A DNA stretch of 64,000 bases from an uncultured bacterium (GTDB taxonomy: Bacteria > B130-G9). The notes beneath the pieces are model-generated. The model was given only the letters and a program-made list of their open reading frames with translations. It searched no databases and was not told the origin of the DNA. The stretch is from assembly GCA_965372715.1 (NCBI GenBank), contig CBDVDH010000007.1:18580-82579 (forward strand), given 5' to 3'. Below, piece after piece: positions 1 through 10,106 of the stretch; the first letter of the stretch is position 1, and the number at the start of each line of letters is the position of its first letter. The translations under genes were made by a program, and so were the position numbers.

Positions 1-72
1 ATCGCGAGCGGCAATTGGACGAGTAAGAGGTTGAACTCCTCGCCGCTATCCCCGGCCATAGCCTGCCCCGAC

Positions 73-2157
73 CTACTCTGACGCTTTTTCCACAAGACAG
101 TAGCAGTGGATTACATCTTCCTCCTGGTAATCCTGAAAGCCGTGCAGACCGATGCCGCAGTCGAAATTCGTTTGAACCTGTTTGACGTCCTTCTTGAATC
201 GCTTGAGCGACCCAATCCGGCCAGTATAGACCTCCTCGCCGCCGCGCAGAAGCCTTGCCTTGCCATCGCGGGTTATCTTGCCGGTCAGGACGTAGCAGCC
301 CGCCACCTTGCCGAGCGAGGGAATCGAGAATACCGCCCGGACCTCGGCCGTGCCGAGCTCCTCCTCGACCAACGTCGGCTTTTCCATCTTCTTGATGACC
401 GTCTCTACGTAGTCAAGAAGCGAATAGATGATGTCGAAGACCTTTATCGTTACGCCTTGCTGCTTAGCGAACGCGCTGATCTGTGGATCGACCTTTATCC
501 CGAAGCCGATGATCTCGGCCGAGGCGATCTCAGCCAATGACACATCGGCCTTGGTCACACTGCCAACGCCGGAGTGGATGATTTTGAGCTTCACTTCTTC
601 CGTCGCGAGCTTCGATAGCGAGCCACTGAGTGCACCCATTGAGCCGAAGACGTCCACCTTAAGGATGAGGCTAAGGCAGGTCTCTTGCCGCTGCTCCTCA
701 AGTGGCAAGAGAATCGCCTCACGACGCACCTGAGGCGCACCTCGCGACTCCTCTTCGCGCTGGAGCTCCGCGAAGCTGGCCAGGTATTCCTTCGCCTTTC
801 TGCTCTTCGGAATAACGTTGAAAGAATCGCCCGCGTCAGGAAGCGCGTCAAAGCCCATGACCTCGACCGGGTGCGAAGGGCCGGCCGCTTTGACGGTGCG
901 GCCACGGTCGTCGGTCATAGCTCGCACCTTGCCCGAGATTGTCCCAGCAACGAAAACGTCGCCGCGCTTCAGTGAACCTTCCTGAACCAGAACCGTTGCG
1001 ACAGGTCCCTTGCCTTTGTCCAGCCTTGTCTCGATGACCACGCCTTTGGCCGGGCCCTCACGAGGCGCCTTCAAATCGGCCATCTCCGCGACCAGGAGTA
1101 TCATCTCGATAAGCGAGTCCAAGCCCTGGCGCTTGATTGCGGACGTCGGAACGAAGATGGTCTCCCCACCCTCTTCCTCCGGAATGAGCCCAAATCGCGC
1201 GAAAGTCCGCTTCACTCGTTCCACGTTCTGCTCGGCCCGGTCCATCTTGTTGAGCGCAACCACTATCGGAACACCCGCGGCCTGTGAATGACGTATTGCC
1301 TCTTGCGTCTGAGGCATAACGCCGTCGTCAACCGCGACCACCAGAACGACGATGTCGGTGACGTGAGCGCCGCGAGCACGCATCGCTGTAAACGCCTCGT
1401 GCCCGGGCGTGTCCAAGAAAACCACGTCACCCTGCTTTGTATTAACGTAATATGCCCCGATGTGCTGGGTAATGCTGCCAGGCTCGGCCTCAGTTATCTT
1501 CGACCGCCTTATCTCGTCCAAGATCGTCGTCTTGCCGTGGTCAACGTGACCCATAATCGTAACGACGGGCGCCCTGCGACCGACGTTCTTTCGCGCCTCC
1601 TTGGTGTCCAGCGCGATTTTCAACAGCGCGTCCTTCGCTCCCTTTCCAACCTCGATCTCAAAACCAAATCGCGAGGCGAGGCGCATCGTGGTCTCAACGT
1701 CCAGGACCTTGCTGGCCGCCATCTCCTTGCCTTCCTCTCGCAAGGCGTCATCGAGCTGTTCCGACGCGACCCCGAGCTGATTGGCTAGGCCCTCAACCGT
1801 CAGCGACCTCGTCAGGACGATCTTGGGTGGAGCCTCAACTTTCTCTTCGACCGTGGGCTTCTTCCTTTTGACCATCTCCTTCTTGGGCTTGGTGGGCTTG
1901 ACCTTCTCGGCGGCTACCCTTGCAGGCTTACGAGCGGCGGTTTTTGAGACCTTGGGCTTCGCTTCTCGCGCGACCTTGGCCTCGCTCGGCGGCTTCTCTT
2001 TCTCGGCAAAATACTCCCTGACCAGCTCGGCCGTCACTTCCTCGATCCCACTCATGTGAGATTTCGCAGGAACGCCCAGCTCTTCAAGCACGGACAGAAT
2101 ACTCTTTGGACCCAGCTGAAGCTCTTTGGCGAGCTGATATACGCGCAGGTTGGCCAT
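73..2157 (-). CDS. infB: translation initiation factor IF-2
   Basis: 694 aa. N-terminal [13 protein letters not shown] is typical of IF-2. GTPase G1 motif [11 protein letters not shown]. Downstream of nusA in the conserved rimP-nusA-infB order. Confidence 0.95.
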   Translation of the reverse strand: MANLRVYQLAKELQLGPKSILSVLEELGVPAKSHMSGIEEVTAELVREYFAEKEKPPSEAKVAREAKPKVSKTAARKPARVAAEKVKPTKPKKEMVKRKKPTVEEKVEAPPKIVLTRSLTVEGLANQLGVASEQLDDALREEGKEMAASKVLDVETTMRLASRFGFEIEVGKGAKDALLKIALDTKEARKNVGRRAPVVTIMGHVDHGKTTILDEIRRSKITEAEPGSITQHIGAYYVNTKQGDVVFLDTPGHEAFTAMRARGAHVTDIVVLVVAVDDGVMPQTQEAIRHSQAAGVPIVVALNKMDRAEQNVERVKRTFARFGLIPEEEGGETIFVPTSAIKRQGLDSLIEMILLVAEMADLKAPREGPAKGVVIETRLDKGKGPVATVLVQEGSLKRGDVFVAGTISGKVRAMTDDRGRTVKAAGPSHPVEVMGFDALPDAGDSFNVIPKSRKAKEYLASFAELQREEESRGAPQVRREAILLPLEEQRQETCLSLILKVDVFGSMGALSGSLSKLATEEVKLKIIHSGVGSVTKADVSLAEIASAEIIGFGIKVDPQISAFAKQQGVTIKVFDIIYSLLDYVETVIKKMEKPTLVEEELGTAEVRAVFSIPSLGKVAGCYVLTGKITRDGKARLLRGGEEVYTGRIGSLKRFKKDVKQVQTNFDCGIGLHGFQDYQEEDVIHCYCLVEKASE

Positions 2158-2490
2158 ACCTAACTTCTATATACTCTCAAGGATGCCAGTTATTGTACAG
2201 ATCAAACGAACTCAAGTGCCATATTCCTCTAGATACATCCCGCCAACAAAAACAGGCTAAGGTGGGGCCTGCCTACGCTGCATGACAGCACGCTAGCAGA
2301 TGAACGCGCCACCGATGCTTGCTTCCACAAGTCTGCACGCTATCAACCTCGACCCTTTGACGCCCCGAAAGGAGACAATGCGAGCGGCCATGGGTGAACC
2401 CCACAAGCCGCATAGCGGTAGAACGAACCAGTTCTGAAGGAGCAGAATAACGCTCAAAAAGGATTGTAGGTGATTCTATTGCGCTAAGCA

Positions 2491-3807
2491 CTAGTCACCA
2501 GTTCCCTCTCGAGCCGCTTGACCGGCCTTCGCGCCGGCCTCGGTGTCCACACGCATCTTGCCCTGAGCGTAATGGACAGCGGCCCGGGCCAACTTCATCT
2601 TAATATCAAGCAGTTTAGCGAGCTCAACATACGTCTTGGCCGCAATAGCCTCAATTGACAACAATCCTTCCCTATCAAGCACGTTGAGGCTCTCCTCGTC
2701 GAGCCCAACCTCGTTGACAAGCGACTCCTTGAAGTGCTCAAGAGCCTCTAACCTGCGGCCATCCTCCTCCCTGGCCGAGGACTCCTTCAGGACCTGGAGC
2801 GAATAGCCAGTCAGCTTGCCCGCCAAGGAAACGTTCTGCCAGTGCCGCCCCACTGCTTGAGAGAAATCCTCATCAGGAACAACCACTCGAGCCGTCTTCT
2901 TTTCCTCATCAATCTGGACAGAAAGGACCTTGGCCGGAACGAGCGCGTTGCGAATGTAGTTCTCTGGGTTTGGGTCCCAGTTGACGATGTCGATCAGCTC
3001 GCCTTTGAGCTCCCTAATCACCGTCTGGACCCTAGACCCCCTAACGCCTACGCAAGCGCCCACCGCGTCAACGCTTTCGTCATGGGATACGACGCTTAGC
3101 TTGGTCCGCTCACCCGCTATCCTTTCTATGTCCTTAATCTCAACTATCCCGCTTCCCACCTCAGCCACGGCGGACTCGAAGAGCCTCCTGACGAGACCGG
3201 GATGAGCACGAGAGAGAATAACCTGCGCACGACTTCGACGCTCCGCAACCTCCACAACATAAGCACAGACCCGGTCGCCGTAGCGAAATCGTTCTTGGGC
3301 AAGCTGGGCACGCCTAAAAACCATCCCCTCGGCTCGCCCGAGGTCCAAGACCGTCCCGGCCGGCTCCGAACGGATCACAAGGCCGGTAACCATCTCACCA
3401 ACTCTGTCGCCGTATTCGGACTGAACTGCCTCCTTCTCCGCCTCCCTAACCTTCTGCATGATTACCTGCTTGGCAATCTGCGCAGCAATCCGTCCGAAGT
3501 CCCTGACCTCCTTGTAGGTCTTGACCAAATCGCCTTCTAGGTGAGCGTCGGGAGGGAGGTCCTTCACACGGGAGGCTTCTATCTCGAGGTCAGGCTCGGA
3601 TACGACCTCAACGATGCGCTTGACCTCAAAAATGGAGACCTCGCCGCTTAAAGGGTCTATCTTAACCTCTACATTCTTCGGCGCCGCCTCAACGTCGCGT
3701 CCCACGGCAGCCGCTAGCGCTGTCTCCACAGCACTTATCAGCTTCTCTTTGGATATACCTTTCTCGAACTCTAAGGACTCTATCGCCTTGATTAGCTGCT
3801 TGTTCAT
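2491..3807 (-). CDS. nusA: transcription termination/antitermination factor NusA
   Basis: N-terminus MNKQLIKAIESLEFEKGISKEKLISAVETALAAA, followed by S1/KH-like regions. Start re-assigned to the internal ATG (MNKQ); the track ORF begins at an upstream GTG at 3828. Confidence 0.92.
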   Translation of the reverse strand: MNKQLIKAIESLEFEKGISKEKLISAVETALAAAVGRDVEAAPKNVEVKIDPLSGEVSIFEVKRIVEVVSEPDLEIEASRVKDLPPDAHLEGDLVKTYKEVRDFGRIAAQIAKQVIMQKVREAEKEAVQSEYGDRVGEMVTGLVIRSEPAGTVLDLGRAEGMVFRRAQLAQERFRYGDRVCAYVVEVAERRSRAQVILSRAHPGLVRRLFESAVAEVGSGIVEIKDIERIAGERTKLSVVSHDESVDAVGACVGVRGSRVQTVIRELKGELIDIVNWDPNPENYIRNALVPAKVLSVQIDEEKKTARVVVPDEDFSQAVGRHWQNVSLAGKLTGYSLQVLKESSAREEDGRRLEALEHFKESLVNEVGLDEESLNVLDREGLLSIEAIAAKTYVELAKLLDIKMKLARAAVHYAQGKMRVDTEAGAKAGQAAREGTGD

Positions 3808-3827
3808 AAACCCGGTCCCGACACCCA

Positions 3828-4328
3828 CTATTTCCTGTCAACACCGGCCAGCAATTCCTTCGTCGTATAATACAGATTAGCTCGCCGGATAAGATCAAAC
3901 GGCACCTCGAGCTGCTCCTTAGACGAAAGCTCAAAAACTATTGCTACGCGGTCATCTCTCTGAATCACGCCTTCAATCTTGCCCACGAACTTCATTCTGT
4001 TCCCAACTATCTCGGAAAGAAAAACCCTGGCCTTTTGACCACTAAATCGCTCGAAATCATCAGGCCGCTTCAGGGGCCTCATAATCCCGGGCGAAGAGAC
4101 CTCCAGTACATATTGATGCGGAATAAAGTCCTCGATGTCCAGAAGAGGGTCAAGCTGAGCACTCAACTCTCTCAGGTCGGCTACCGTGACACCGCCCACC
4201 TTGTCCGCTAAGACGGTCAAGAACCACTTATTTCCCCTCTTCCTAAAATCAACATCAACAAGCTGAAGACCGAGCTCGGCACAGACCGGCTCAGTCAGAG
4301 CCCATGCCTTGTCGGCTACTGCATTCAT
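3828..4328 (-). CDS. rimP: ribosome maturation factor RimP
   Basis: LTEPVCAELGLQLVDVDF...FLTVLADK matches the RimP N-domain. It sits immediately upstream of nusA. Start is probably the second ATG (MNAVADK), which has a weak RBS. Confidence 0.85.
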   Translation of the reverse strand: MNAVADKAWALTEPVCAELGLQLVDVDFRKRGNKWFLTVLADKVGGVTVADLRELSAQLDPLLDIEDFIPHQYVLEVSSPGIMRPLKRPDDFERFSGQKARVFLSEIVGNRMKFVGKIEGVIQRDDRVAIVFELSSKEQLEVPFDLIRRANLYYTTKELLAGVDRK

Positions 4329-4694
4329 GTCTTGCCCTGCGCACATTATTTGTCAGGCGCTAGAATCGCAACAACAATAAGTTGCTCGACATTTTCTGTC
4401 AAATGTTTTCGTCCAATGGGTTTGCGCACACCACCCCTAGACTCGGCGAAAAAACGGATGCAGGACAAGTAGGGAAAAGCGGAGGAGCCTCCTTTTCAGC
4501 CAACGTTCGCCGCGAGCCACAAACTATTGAGCCTTCGTAGCTACTACGGCGAAGTGGGCTGGCGAAGTCTGCCGTCCTCCTTGTGTCGAGGACTCCGTTC
4601 GCCGAACGGCACAACGAGGCGCACTGCGGGGAACAAGAGGGCGAAAGGCCGGTGACAAAGCCCGTGATAAGGGCGGGCCAGCACTATTCTTCGT

Positions 4695-5972
4695 TTAGGA
4701 GCGACTCCGCAAAAGCGCACGTCGCAGCAGCATCTGTGCTAACCTGAAACTCAAGAACAAGCCCTTTCTTAGAATGGCGGGCCGCAACAGCCTGCGAGCG
4801 TAACAAAGATACCTAAGCAGGGAACCCTCGGACACCCCATAATGCCGCGCTACGGCTGCAACAGGCGGGAAACACCTCCTGAAGAAGCGCCTCAGCTTTG
4901 CTCGATCCATGACCTCTCGACGTAACAGAAGATTATAGGCCAGCCGCTTGACATCGTCCGGACGATTCTGCAAGAACCTCTTCGCAATCATCGCCCAGTC
5001 TGTGCCAACTCGAGAATCATCCCCTCCCAACAACGCGTCATAAACCTGTTGTGGGACGTCCGTTCCAAACAAAGCCTCCGATAACCTAAAATAGCTGTAG
5101 CAATGCGTCCCCGCCCTCGAAAACGAAACTATCTGCTGCAATTCCCCCCAATCAAGGCTCGCGCCGTCGCTGCGAATTATCGCGTCGATATCGCAAGCGC
5201 ATTGCATGGTCAGGTATGAGCCGTCCCAAATCTCGGGACTGAAACCATGCTGCGCAGTATGAAGGCAAAGGTGATAAAGCCTATGCTCAGCAGAAGGCAC
5301 AAGAACCGAGGCATCCCCAAACTTGTGACGCTTAGCCCTTTCCCACAACGGGACCTCATTCGTCTTAAACTTCTCACTCAGCCTATAGTGGAGGTCGATC
5401 GTAATGATCTGCCCGTACGAGCTCTGCCTCACTAGCGGCGGAAACGTTTTACGGTCCTCGCGACTCTTCTGCAGAAGATGCTTCCTGGACTCCGGAACCT
5501 CGAAGCCGATCTTCATGAGTGCGTCAGCCGCTGTCTGCATCTGCTCGACCCGAACCAAAAAATCAAGGTCGCCAAAGAGCCGCAGGCCCGGGCTGGCATA
5601 GTTCATCGCCGCGAGAACCGGCCCCTTCAACAGCATCGCATCAACCCCACTTGCCTTAAGAGCAAGGCTTATCGAGGGCAACTCCCGACCGAACATCCAG
5701 AACTCGTTCCTGACGACCGCCGACCAAAGAAGTGCGTCATAGCGCTTGCGGAGTTCCGGTAGGATGATGGCGTCACCGTCGAAGGCCTTCAGGTTGTAGG
5801 CCACGACGTGAGAGAGCCTGAAACGTCTGCATAGGAGCTCAAAACGGGACCAATCGGGACCGTTATCGGCGATCTCTGTCGCTCGGCGCCTTTGCGCCTC
5901 AGTCAACTCCGAGCGCAGCAGTAACAAGAACAGCTCCGCCTCGGGCCAAAGCATCTCTCCCAAGTAATGCAT
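4695..5972 (-). CDS. nucleotidyltransferase family protein (Pol-beta superfamily, NTP_transf_5-like)
   Basis: 425 aa with an LFGDLDFLV motif (hG[GS]...DhD-like). Overall resembles the uncharacterised nucleotidyltransferase family often found near RiPP or polysaccharide loci. Confidence 0.55.
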   Translation of the reverse strand: MHYLGEMLWPEAELFLLLLRSELTEAQRRRATEIADNGPDWSRFELLCRRFRLSHVVAYNLKAFDGDAIILPELRKRYDALLWSAVVRNEFWMFGRELPSISLALKASGVDAMLLKGPVLAAMNYASPGLRLFGDLDFLVRVEQMQTAADALMKIGFEVPESRKHLLQKSREDRKTFPPLVRQSSYGQIITIDLHYRLSEKFKTNEVPLWERAKRHKFGDASVLVPSAEHRLYHLCLHTAQHGFSPEIWDGSYLTMQCACDIDAIIRSDGASLDWGELQQIVSFSRAGTHCYSYFRLSEALFGTDVPQQVYDALLGGDDSRVGTDWAMIAKRFLQNRPDDVKRLAYNLLLRREVMDRAKLRRFFRRCFPPVAAVARHYGVSEGSLLRYLCYARRLLRPAILRKGLFLSFRLAQMLLRRALLRSRS

Positions 5973-6550
5973 CTACCTATATGGCCTCGCCAAAGGAATG
6001 TGGACCAATGCTAAACGAAGGCGCCGCTGCCCAAGACATCTATTCAACACTAACATTATCGTCTGCGAAACTGGATAGATTAACAGGGTAAAGCAATACA
6101 ACATTATGCCCTGAACGAGAACCCCTACGCTCAACGGCCAGTCGTGTAAAACCTCCATCCTTGTGCGCCGACCAATCCCAGGTCCCCCGAAAGGACCTCG
6201 GTTTGTGAGCGTCCCAAGTTATCTTTCTGCGAGCCCGCTATGGCGTTTGCTGATATCATTCAGGAGGTTTCCCCAAATACGAGGTTCAAATCCCTGAGTG
6301 AGCTCCTGTATAGCCCTATTCAGCACTGTTGCGAAGTGGAATACGCCTGGCAGAAGGCCCGCACCAGGGGCCGTGCCCCGTTCGTGAGGGGCAGTTTGGC
6401 GCCTTTACAGTGGCTTAAACCAGTCCCTTTTCTCCCGTTTCACCAATGGGGAAACTCCTCTGGCGCCTTTGCGTTGACCAAGCTTGTTGTTATTGTTGTG
6501 GTCGTGTCGCGGATTTCAGCGGATTTGCCGAAGGTCTTGGGAACATACGG

Positions 6551-7855
6551 ATGTCGAACGTTACTGCACTTATGGATGACGCAACGAAGGTATGCCTGAG
6601 ATGCGGCTCGTGCCTTTCAGTGTGCCCGGTCTATAAGAGGCAGCTGACCGAGATGGTTACGCCTCGGGGCAAAATGGCGCTTGCCGAGGCGGTCTCGACC
6701 GGCGAGATCGGCGCGAAGCGCGACGTCGCCTCGTATCTCTCGCAGTGCCTCGTCTGCACGGCGTGCATGGACGAGTGCCCCAACAACCTCGACGTCGATG
6801 TCCGAATGATCGCCGGGCGGTCGGCCCTCCGGATGTACAAGCTCAGCAACTTGCCGTTTTTCGCAGCATTTCGCACCGTTTTGCAGACAAGGTCGCTGAT
6901 GGACCTCGGCGTATTCATCGGACGCCTGTTCCGCCGACTCTTGTTCTTCAAGGTTCCGGGCGAATCAGGGATGCACCTTCGATTTCCGATTATGGTCTCG
7001 AGGGATCGGCTGCTGCCAAAGATCGCACCCAGATCGTTCCTCAAGTCAGCCGCCGCCAGGCGCCGTTCCACGCCGAAGCAGACTACCAAGTGCACATCGG
7101 TCGCGTATTTCGTCGGCTGCATGGGCAACTACTCCTGCACTGAAGTCCCCCGCCATCTGCTCGAGCTGTTGCCTGAAGGCGACATCGCACTGTCGATCCC
7201 TCTGAAGCAGAAGTGCTGCGGAATGCCGGCCATCGTCTCCGGCGACCTCGTCTCCGCCAGGAGGCTGGCCAGGCAGAACGTCAAGGCCCTGCTCGAAACT
7301 GCCCCAGACAAGATAGTGATTGCCTGCGGCTCGTGTGGCTCGACGATTAAGCACTATTACCCAGTGCTCTTCAAGGATGACCCAAAGATGCGCGCCTCGG
7401 CCGAGGACGTCGCCTCGCGCATAATCGACGTGTCCGAGCTGCTCGTTGACATCCTGGGCCGCAGGGACTTCTCGGTCAACCGGGCTCTGCTAGAGCGCTT
7501 GGGACTCGATACTACAAGGCCCGTGAAGGTTACCTACCACGATGCGTGCCATCTAGGTCGGAGAATGAAGGTCATTGCTCAGCCGAGGACGATCCTGAAG
7601 AACACTGACGGCGCTAAGTTCGTTCCGATGCAGGATGAGACCGTCTGTTGCGGCTGTGGCGGGCTGTTCAGCGTGCACCACTACGACATTTCAAGCGCCA
7701 TAACTGCCGACAAGGCGCGAAACATCAAAGCGTCCGGAGCGGACATCGTCGCGACCGGCTGCCCGGCCTGCGCAATGCAAATAGCCGATGGACTTGCCCA
7801 CATCGGCCACAACATCCCCGTCGTCCACACAATCGAGCTGCTTGCGACTGAGTGA
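6551..7855 (+). CDS. (Fe-S)-binding protein, GlcF/LutA-like, with two CCG domains
   Basis: Two 4Fe-4S ferredoxin motifs (CLRCGSCLSVCP, CLVCTACMDECP) followed by two cysteine-rich CCG domains (CCGMPAI, CCGCGG). Start taken at the internal ATG (MSNVTALMDD); the track ORF begins at 6446. Confidence 0.75.
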   Translation: MSNVTALMDDATKVCLRCGSCLSVCPVYKRQLTEMVTPRGKMALAEAVSTGEIGAKRDVASYLSQCLVCTACMDECPNNLDVDVRMIAGRSALRMYKLSNLPFFAAFRTVLQTRSLMDLGVFIGRLFRRLLFFKVPGESGMHLRFPIMVSRDRLLPKIAPRSFLKSAAARRRSTPKQTTKCTSVAYFVGCMGNYSCTEVPRHLLELLPEGDIALSIPLKQKCCGMPAIVSGDLVSARRLARQNVKALLETAPDKIVIACGSCGSTIKHYYPVLFKDDPKMRASAEDVASRIIDVSELLVDILGRRDFSVNRALLERLGLDTTRPVKVTYHDACHLGRRMKVIAQPRTILKNTDGAKFVPMQDETVCCGCGGLFSVHHYDISSAITADKARNIKASGADIVATGCPACAMQIADGLAHIGHNIPVVHTIELLATE

Positions 7856-7968
7856 TCGGCCACGACCCACCAAACTCAATCAGGCCCGAAAGCCGGGTTC
7901 AGCTCCCCGACGCACAAGACGCCGCGTGGTAGCAACGGCCGGCGCAGGCCTGCCCAATGACGCGCACT

Positions 7969-7986
7969 TTGTCCCAAATGGGACAA
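7969..7986 (+). promoter_or_regulatory. NifA-type upstream activator sequence 1 (TGT-N10-ACA palindrome TTGTCCCAAATGGGACAA)
   Basis: Perfect 8-bp inverted arms around an AA centre. Matches the bEBP (NifA-like) UAS consensus TGT-N10-ACA. Lies about 210 bp upstream of the sigma-54 -24 element. Confidence 0.55.
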
Positions 7987-8001
7987 TTGGGCAAAAATCG
8001 C

Positions 8002-8017
8002 TGTCCCAAATGGGACA
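8002..8017 (+). promoter_or_regulatory. NifA-type upstream activator sequence 2 (TGTCCCAAATGGGACA)
   Basis: Second copy of the same palindrome, centred 32 bp (three helical turns) from the first. Confidence 0.55.
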
Positions 8018-8184
8018 ATTAGGGCAATGTAGTTACCTCGCGATAAGACATGATATAGGGCGTTTATGGGCGATATGATGCCACTTCTTGCAGAGGGGCA
8101 GATTCGCGTGCGAACGTGGGCCAAAAATCAGCTCGATGCTCGTAATCCCGCTTCCTGTCGGCAATGTGGAATGATGCCAGCCAC

Positions 8185-8201
8185 TTTGGCACGGAATCTG
8201 C
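8185..8201 (+). promoter_or_regulatory. sigma-54 (-24/-12) promoter, TTGGCACGGAATCTGCT
   Basis: TGGCACG-N4-CTGCT with correct GG/GC spacing, against the consensus TGGCACG-N4-TTGCW. Two enhancer palindromes lie 180-210 bp upstream. Confidence 0.55.
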
Positions 8202-8211
8202 TAAAAATCAC

Positions 8212-8405
8212 TATGGAACGCCTAATGAGGAGGCGGTAAGAAGAGACGTCAAGGAGGTGTTCATATAAGGTTCGCCCCGATGAGCCACAAGTGGCTCAAC
8301 TTTTAGCCCTCGGCAGGCGCCTGATGCGCCTGCCCGACCCCATCCAGTTCGAGGGCAAACTTGGCCCGGGGGACCGTCGGCCCTGACGGTCCCCCAACAT
8401 TTTTC
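8212..8405 (+). ncRNA. candidate sigma-54-dependent small RNA (~190 nt, hairpin-rich, no credible ORF)
   Basis: The region between the predicted TSS and the terminator has only 8-20-codon ORFs without an RBS. It contains perfect hairpins GAGCCAC-AA-GTGGCTC and GGCAGGCGC-CTGAT-GCGCCTGCC. It ends at the GGGGGACCGTC...GACGGTCCCCC stem plus AACATTTTT. Confidence 0.4.
8367..8405 (+). terminator. intrinsic terminator-like hairpin (11-bp GC stem, T5 tract after a 4-nt gap)
   Basis: gggggaccgtc-ggccct-gacggtccccc followed by aacattttt. Confidence 0.45.
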
Positions 8406-8702
8406 CCGCTTCTGCTGTCCCGTATGCTTGTGCTTGATCTGTGCGAACCCGCCGCGATTGTGTGGGGAGGAGTCTCTTTCACAAAGACACTAAGGCACTA
8501 AGGCACTAAGAAGACCATACATTCGGTCGCGCATTTTTGAATAGGCATAGCATTGACGCAATTGATCCGAACGGGCGGCGTCTGATACTCTTCGCGCAGT
8601 TGAGGCGTGGGTCTTGCACAAATGAGGAGGATGTATAGTGCCCTGGAAGCTCTCGCTCGGGCGGGGCGCTGCCAATAGAGCAGGCTCTGTGGAGAAGAGA
8701 CA

Positions 8703-10106
8703 TTGACGAAGGATTTGGAACTCGACTTCGACGGCACGCAAGAGCAGGAAGGCCGTAGAATATATAAGGTTTCGGAGCTTGCCGCAGAAATAAAGGGCCT
8801 GCTTCAAAGGCGTTTCTTCGACGTATGGCTCGAGGGCGAGATAACCGATTTCAAGCGTTCAGGCGCCGGCCATCTCTACATGCGGCTGAAGGATGACAAG
8901 GCCCAGATCAGCGCCGTAATGTTCCGCAACAAGGCCATCTTCTTGCGCTTCAAGCCCGAGAATGGGCTGGCAGTCATCGCGAGAGGGTCGGTCAGCTGCT
9001 ACCCGCCTTCGAGCACGTATCAGATCATTGTTGACTACTTCGAGCCAAAAGGCGTCGGCGCCCTTCAGCTGGCGTTTGAGCAGCTCAAAGCCAGGCTCAA
9101 CGCCGAGGGCCTCTTCGCGCCGGAACGAAAGAGGCCTATCCCCAAGATGCCCAAGACGATCGGCGTCGTCACCTCACGGACCGGGGCCGCGATTCGCGAC
9201 ATCCTCAACATCACGAGGCGCAGATTCTGTTCGGCGCACATCATTCTGTATCCTGTGCTCGTGCAGGGCGACAAGGCGCCGGGCGAGGTTTCGCACGCTA
9301 TTGACGAGATGAACCGCCTCGCTCTGGTTGACGTCCTGATCGTAGGCCGGGGCGGGGGCGCCGCGATCGACCTTTGGGCCTTCAACGAGGAATGCGTCGC
9401 GCGCGCAATCGCGAGGTCCGAGATACCGATAATCTCTGCCGTTGGGCACGAGGTCGATTTCACGATCGCTGATTTCGTTGCCGACCTTCGCGCGCCGACG
9501 CCGTCCGCAGCGGCAGAGCTCGTAGTGCAAAACAGGGCAGAGCTTCTTTCAAAAGCCGATTCTTTCCGCGGCCGTCTGCTCAGGATGACGCTGGACAGGT
9601 TGGCGTTTGTGCGGGAAAGACACAAAACGATGTCCGCGGCGCTGCGGCTGAATAGTCCCGAACGGCCTATACAGCTTCTGATGCAGAGGCTGGACGAGTT
9701 CGACGCCAGGCTGCGGCGAGGCGCGTTGGCCTACATCGAGCGGAGGCGACAGAACGTTTCAGCCCTTTCCGCCCGCAATCAGTCGCTCAAGCCGACGGTT
9801 AAGATTGCGGCCATGACTTCAGTCCTCGAGGGTTACGACAGCAGGCTCTCTGCCGTGATGCAGGCCAAGCTGGAATTGCTGGGTACACGTTGCGACGCGG
9901 CTCACAACCGGCTAATCTCGCTGAAGCCACAAAACGTCATCAGAAGGGGCTATGCGATATGCCAGAACGCGGCAACCGGCAAGCCTGTCTCGAGGGCGAG
10001 AGACACCCACATCGGAGCCGCGATTCTTGTGACGCTGTCGGACGGAAACCTGGGCTGCCAGGTCAACGACATCTCTATCTCCCAGGACGCCTCGGACAAT
10101 GAATGA
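8703..10106 (+). CDS. xseA: exodeoxyribonuclease VII large subunit
   Basis: 467 aa with RIYKVSELAAEIKGLLQRRFFDVWLEGEITDF, an XseA OB-fold N-terminus, then the catalytic region. TTG start. Confidence 0.9.
   Translation: MTKDLELDFDGTQEQEGRRIYKVSELAAEIKGLLQRRFFDVWLEGEITDFKRSGAGHLYMRLKDDKAQISAVMFRNKAIFLRFKPENGLAVIARGSVSCYPPSSTYQIIVDYFEPKGVGALQLAFEQLKARLNAEGLFAPERKRPIPKMPKTIGVVTSRTGAAIRDILNITRRRFCSAHIILYPVLVQGDKAPGEVSHAIDEMNRLALVDVLIVGRGGGAAIDLWAFNEECVARAIARSEIPIISAVGHEVDFTIADFVADLRAPTPSAAAELVVQNRAELLSKADSFRGRLLRMTLDRLAFVRERHKTMSAALRLNSPERPIQLLMQRLDEFDARLRRGALAYIERRRQNVSALSARNQSLKPTVKIAAMTSVLEGYDSRLSAVMQAKLELLGTRCDAAHNRLISLKPQNVIRRGYAICQNAATGKPVSRARDTHIGAAILVTLSDGNLGCQVNDISISQDASDNE

Noticed and set aside
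106-2059. Multiple 90-166-aa ORFs on the + strand inside infB
   Set aside because: They are entirely antisense to a highly conserved gene, a high-GC frame artefact.
2273-2491. 72-aa ORF in the 333-bp nusA-infB spacer (a possible ylxR/ylxQ position)
   Set aside because: The translation lacks the YlxR (DUF448) Cys/GRGA motifs or L7Ae features. No alternative frame gives them. The spacer is more likely leader or regulatory sequence.
4488-4512. GGAGGAGCCTCC palindrome plus T-tract as a terminator between the nucleotidyltransferase gene and rimP
   Set aside because: Only a 5-bp stem, a weak terminator candidate. It may simply be part of the rimP leader.
8488-8510. CACTAAGG x3 tandem repeat
   Set aside because: Too short and too few units for a CRISPR array or functional minisatellite. 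No spacers or cas genes.
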